NCBI RefSeq assembly: GCF_022045235.1
Contig: NW_027266290.1
Span: forward strand, 1,860,001-1,924,000
Source: Haliotis cracherodii
Lineage: Eukaryota
DNA: 64,000 bases
Direction: 5' to 3'
Shown here: piece by piece, positions 63,259-64,000 of the stretch
How positions within the stretch are numbered: position 1 is the first letter of the stretch
Layout: each line of letters opens with the position of its first letter
Notes under the pieces: model-generated
Told to the model about the DNA's origin: nothing
Databases searched by the model: none
What the model saw: the letters and a program-made list of their open reading frames with translations, nothing else
Program-made: the position numbers and the translations under genes

Positions 63259-64000
63259 ATCAAATGGGATCCCGGAAATTTCCTGGGGTATTTATTGACT
63301 GCACATGAATACTTTTATTGATAAGTCATGTCTTTTTCTCAATCCCAAATTTTAAAAATGCGACTTGCAGCTAGGTGAAAGATTTCAGAGTGATGTAATG
63401 TTTGTCTCATAACTGTGAGTTCAGGTATAGAGAGATACAGAAAATAACTGATAACCTATGTATGTTACAATGTTGACAGATATGTGGGTTTTGAGTATTC
63501 AGTGCCTGGAAATTATGTAACATTTGAAACTTGTCTGATGCTCTCAGGGTCCAAATGAAATTTCCATCCATCGAATGCTCAGTATTATCTGCAAATCTGA
63601 AAACATGTTTTCTCCTAAATCAAGCTAGATAAATAAAAAAAATATCAATGATCTGACCACATCCTTACTACCGGGTTGATGAGTATGTAAATTGGGCTTA
63701 TCGCTGCTTTTAACAGTATTCCAGTTATTCACAGCATCCCAGATTAATGTGAACAGAAAGCCTGAAGTGATGCAGGTCTCAGACTTTTACCACTTTGGTG
63801 AAACCAACAGGCACGGGTATTGTGCTGCCAAACCTAGAAACAATTTGGGCAAACCAGGATTCGAACCCACAATCATAGGTTTCTGGCATGCCCAAGGGAC
63901 AAAACTCGAAAAGCAAATTGCAGAGCCCCAGTAGACTTGGCCACACAGTGTGTCGCTTCTTCTGTATAATAATAACACTGTACTATCACAGCTCATAAAT

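Overview
AT-rich, intron-containing animal genomic DNA. The SINE repertoire suggests a mollusc, possibly an abalone-like gastropod (inference). Left third: a ~10.74-10.82 kb segmental duplication (1-8016 repeats at ~10826-18754). The right copy carries an intact single-exon CDS for a secreted PAN/Apple + EGF-like + Sushi/CCP + GON-domain protein. The left copy is broken almost at the GON-domain boundary and abuts a Gypsy/Tc1/Penelope/MITE mosaic. Middle: dense TE relics, including a 5'-truncated I-group LINE with TSD, a minimal hammerhead ribozyme, a foldback element and a Gypsy relic with integrase before RT. Right half: two tandem 5-exon cytosolic sulfotransferase genes (+), the last two exons of MTFP1 (-), and a small stathmin-domain gene (+) that may be nested in MTFP1 intron 1. 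Four SINE-like families share one 3' tail. The most abundant has no tRNA head; it has a precise 5' end and a foldable, potentially pseudoknotted 5' module. All calls were made by eye; no searches were run.
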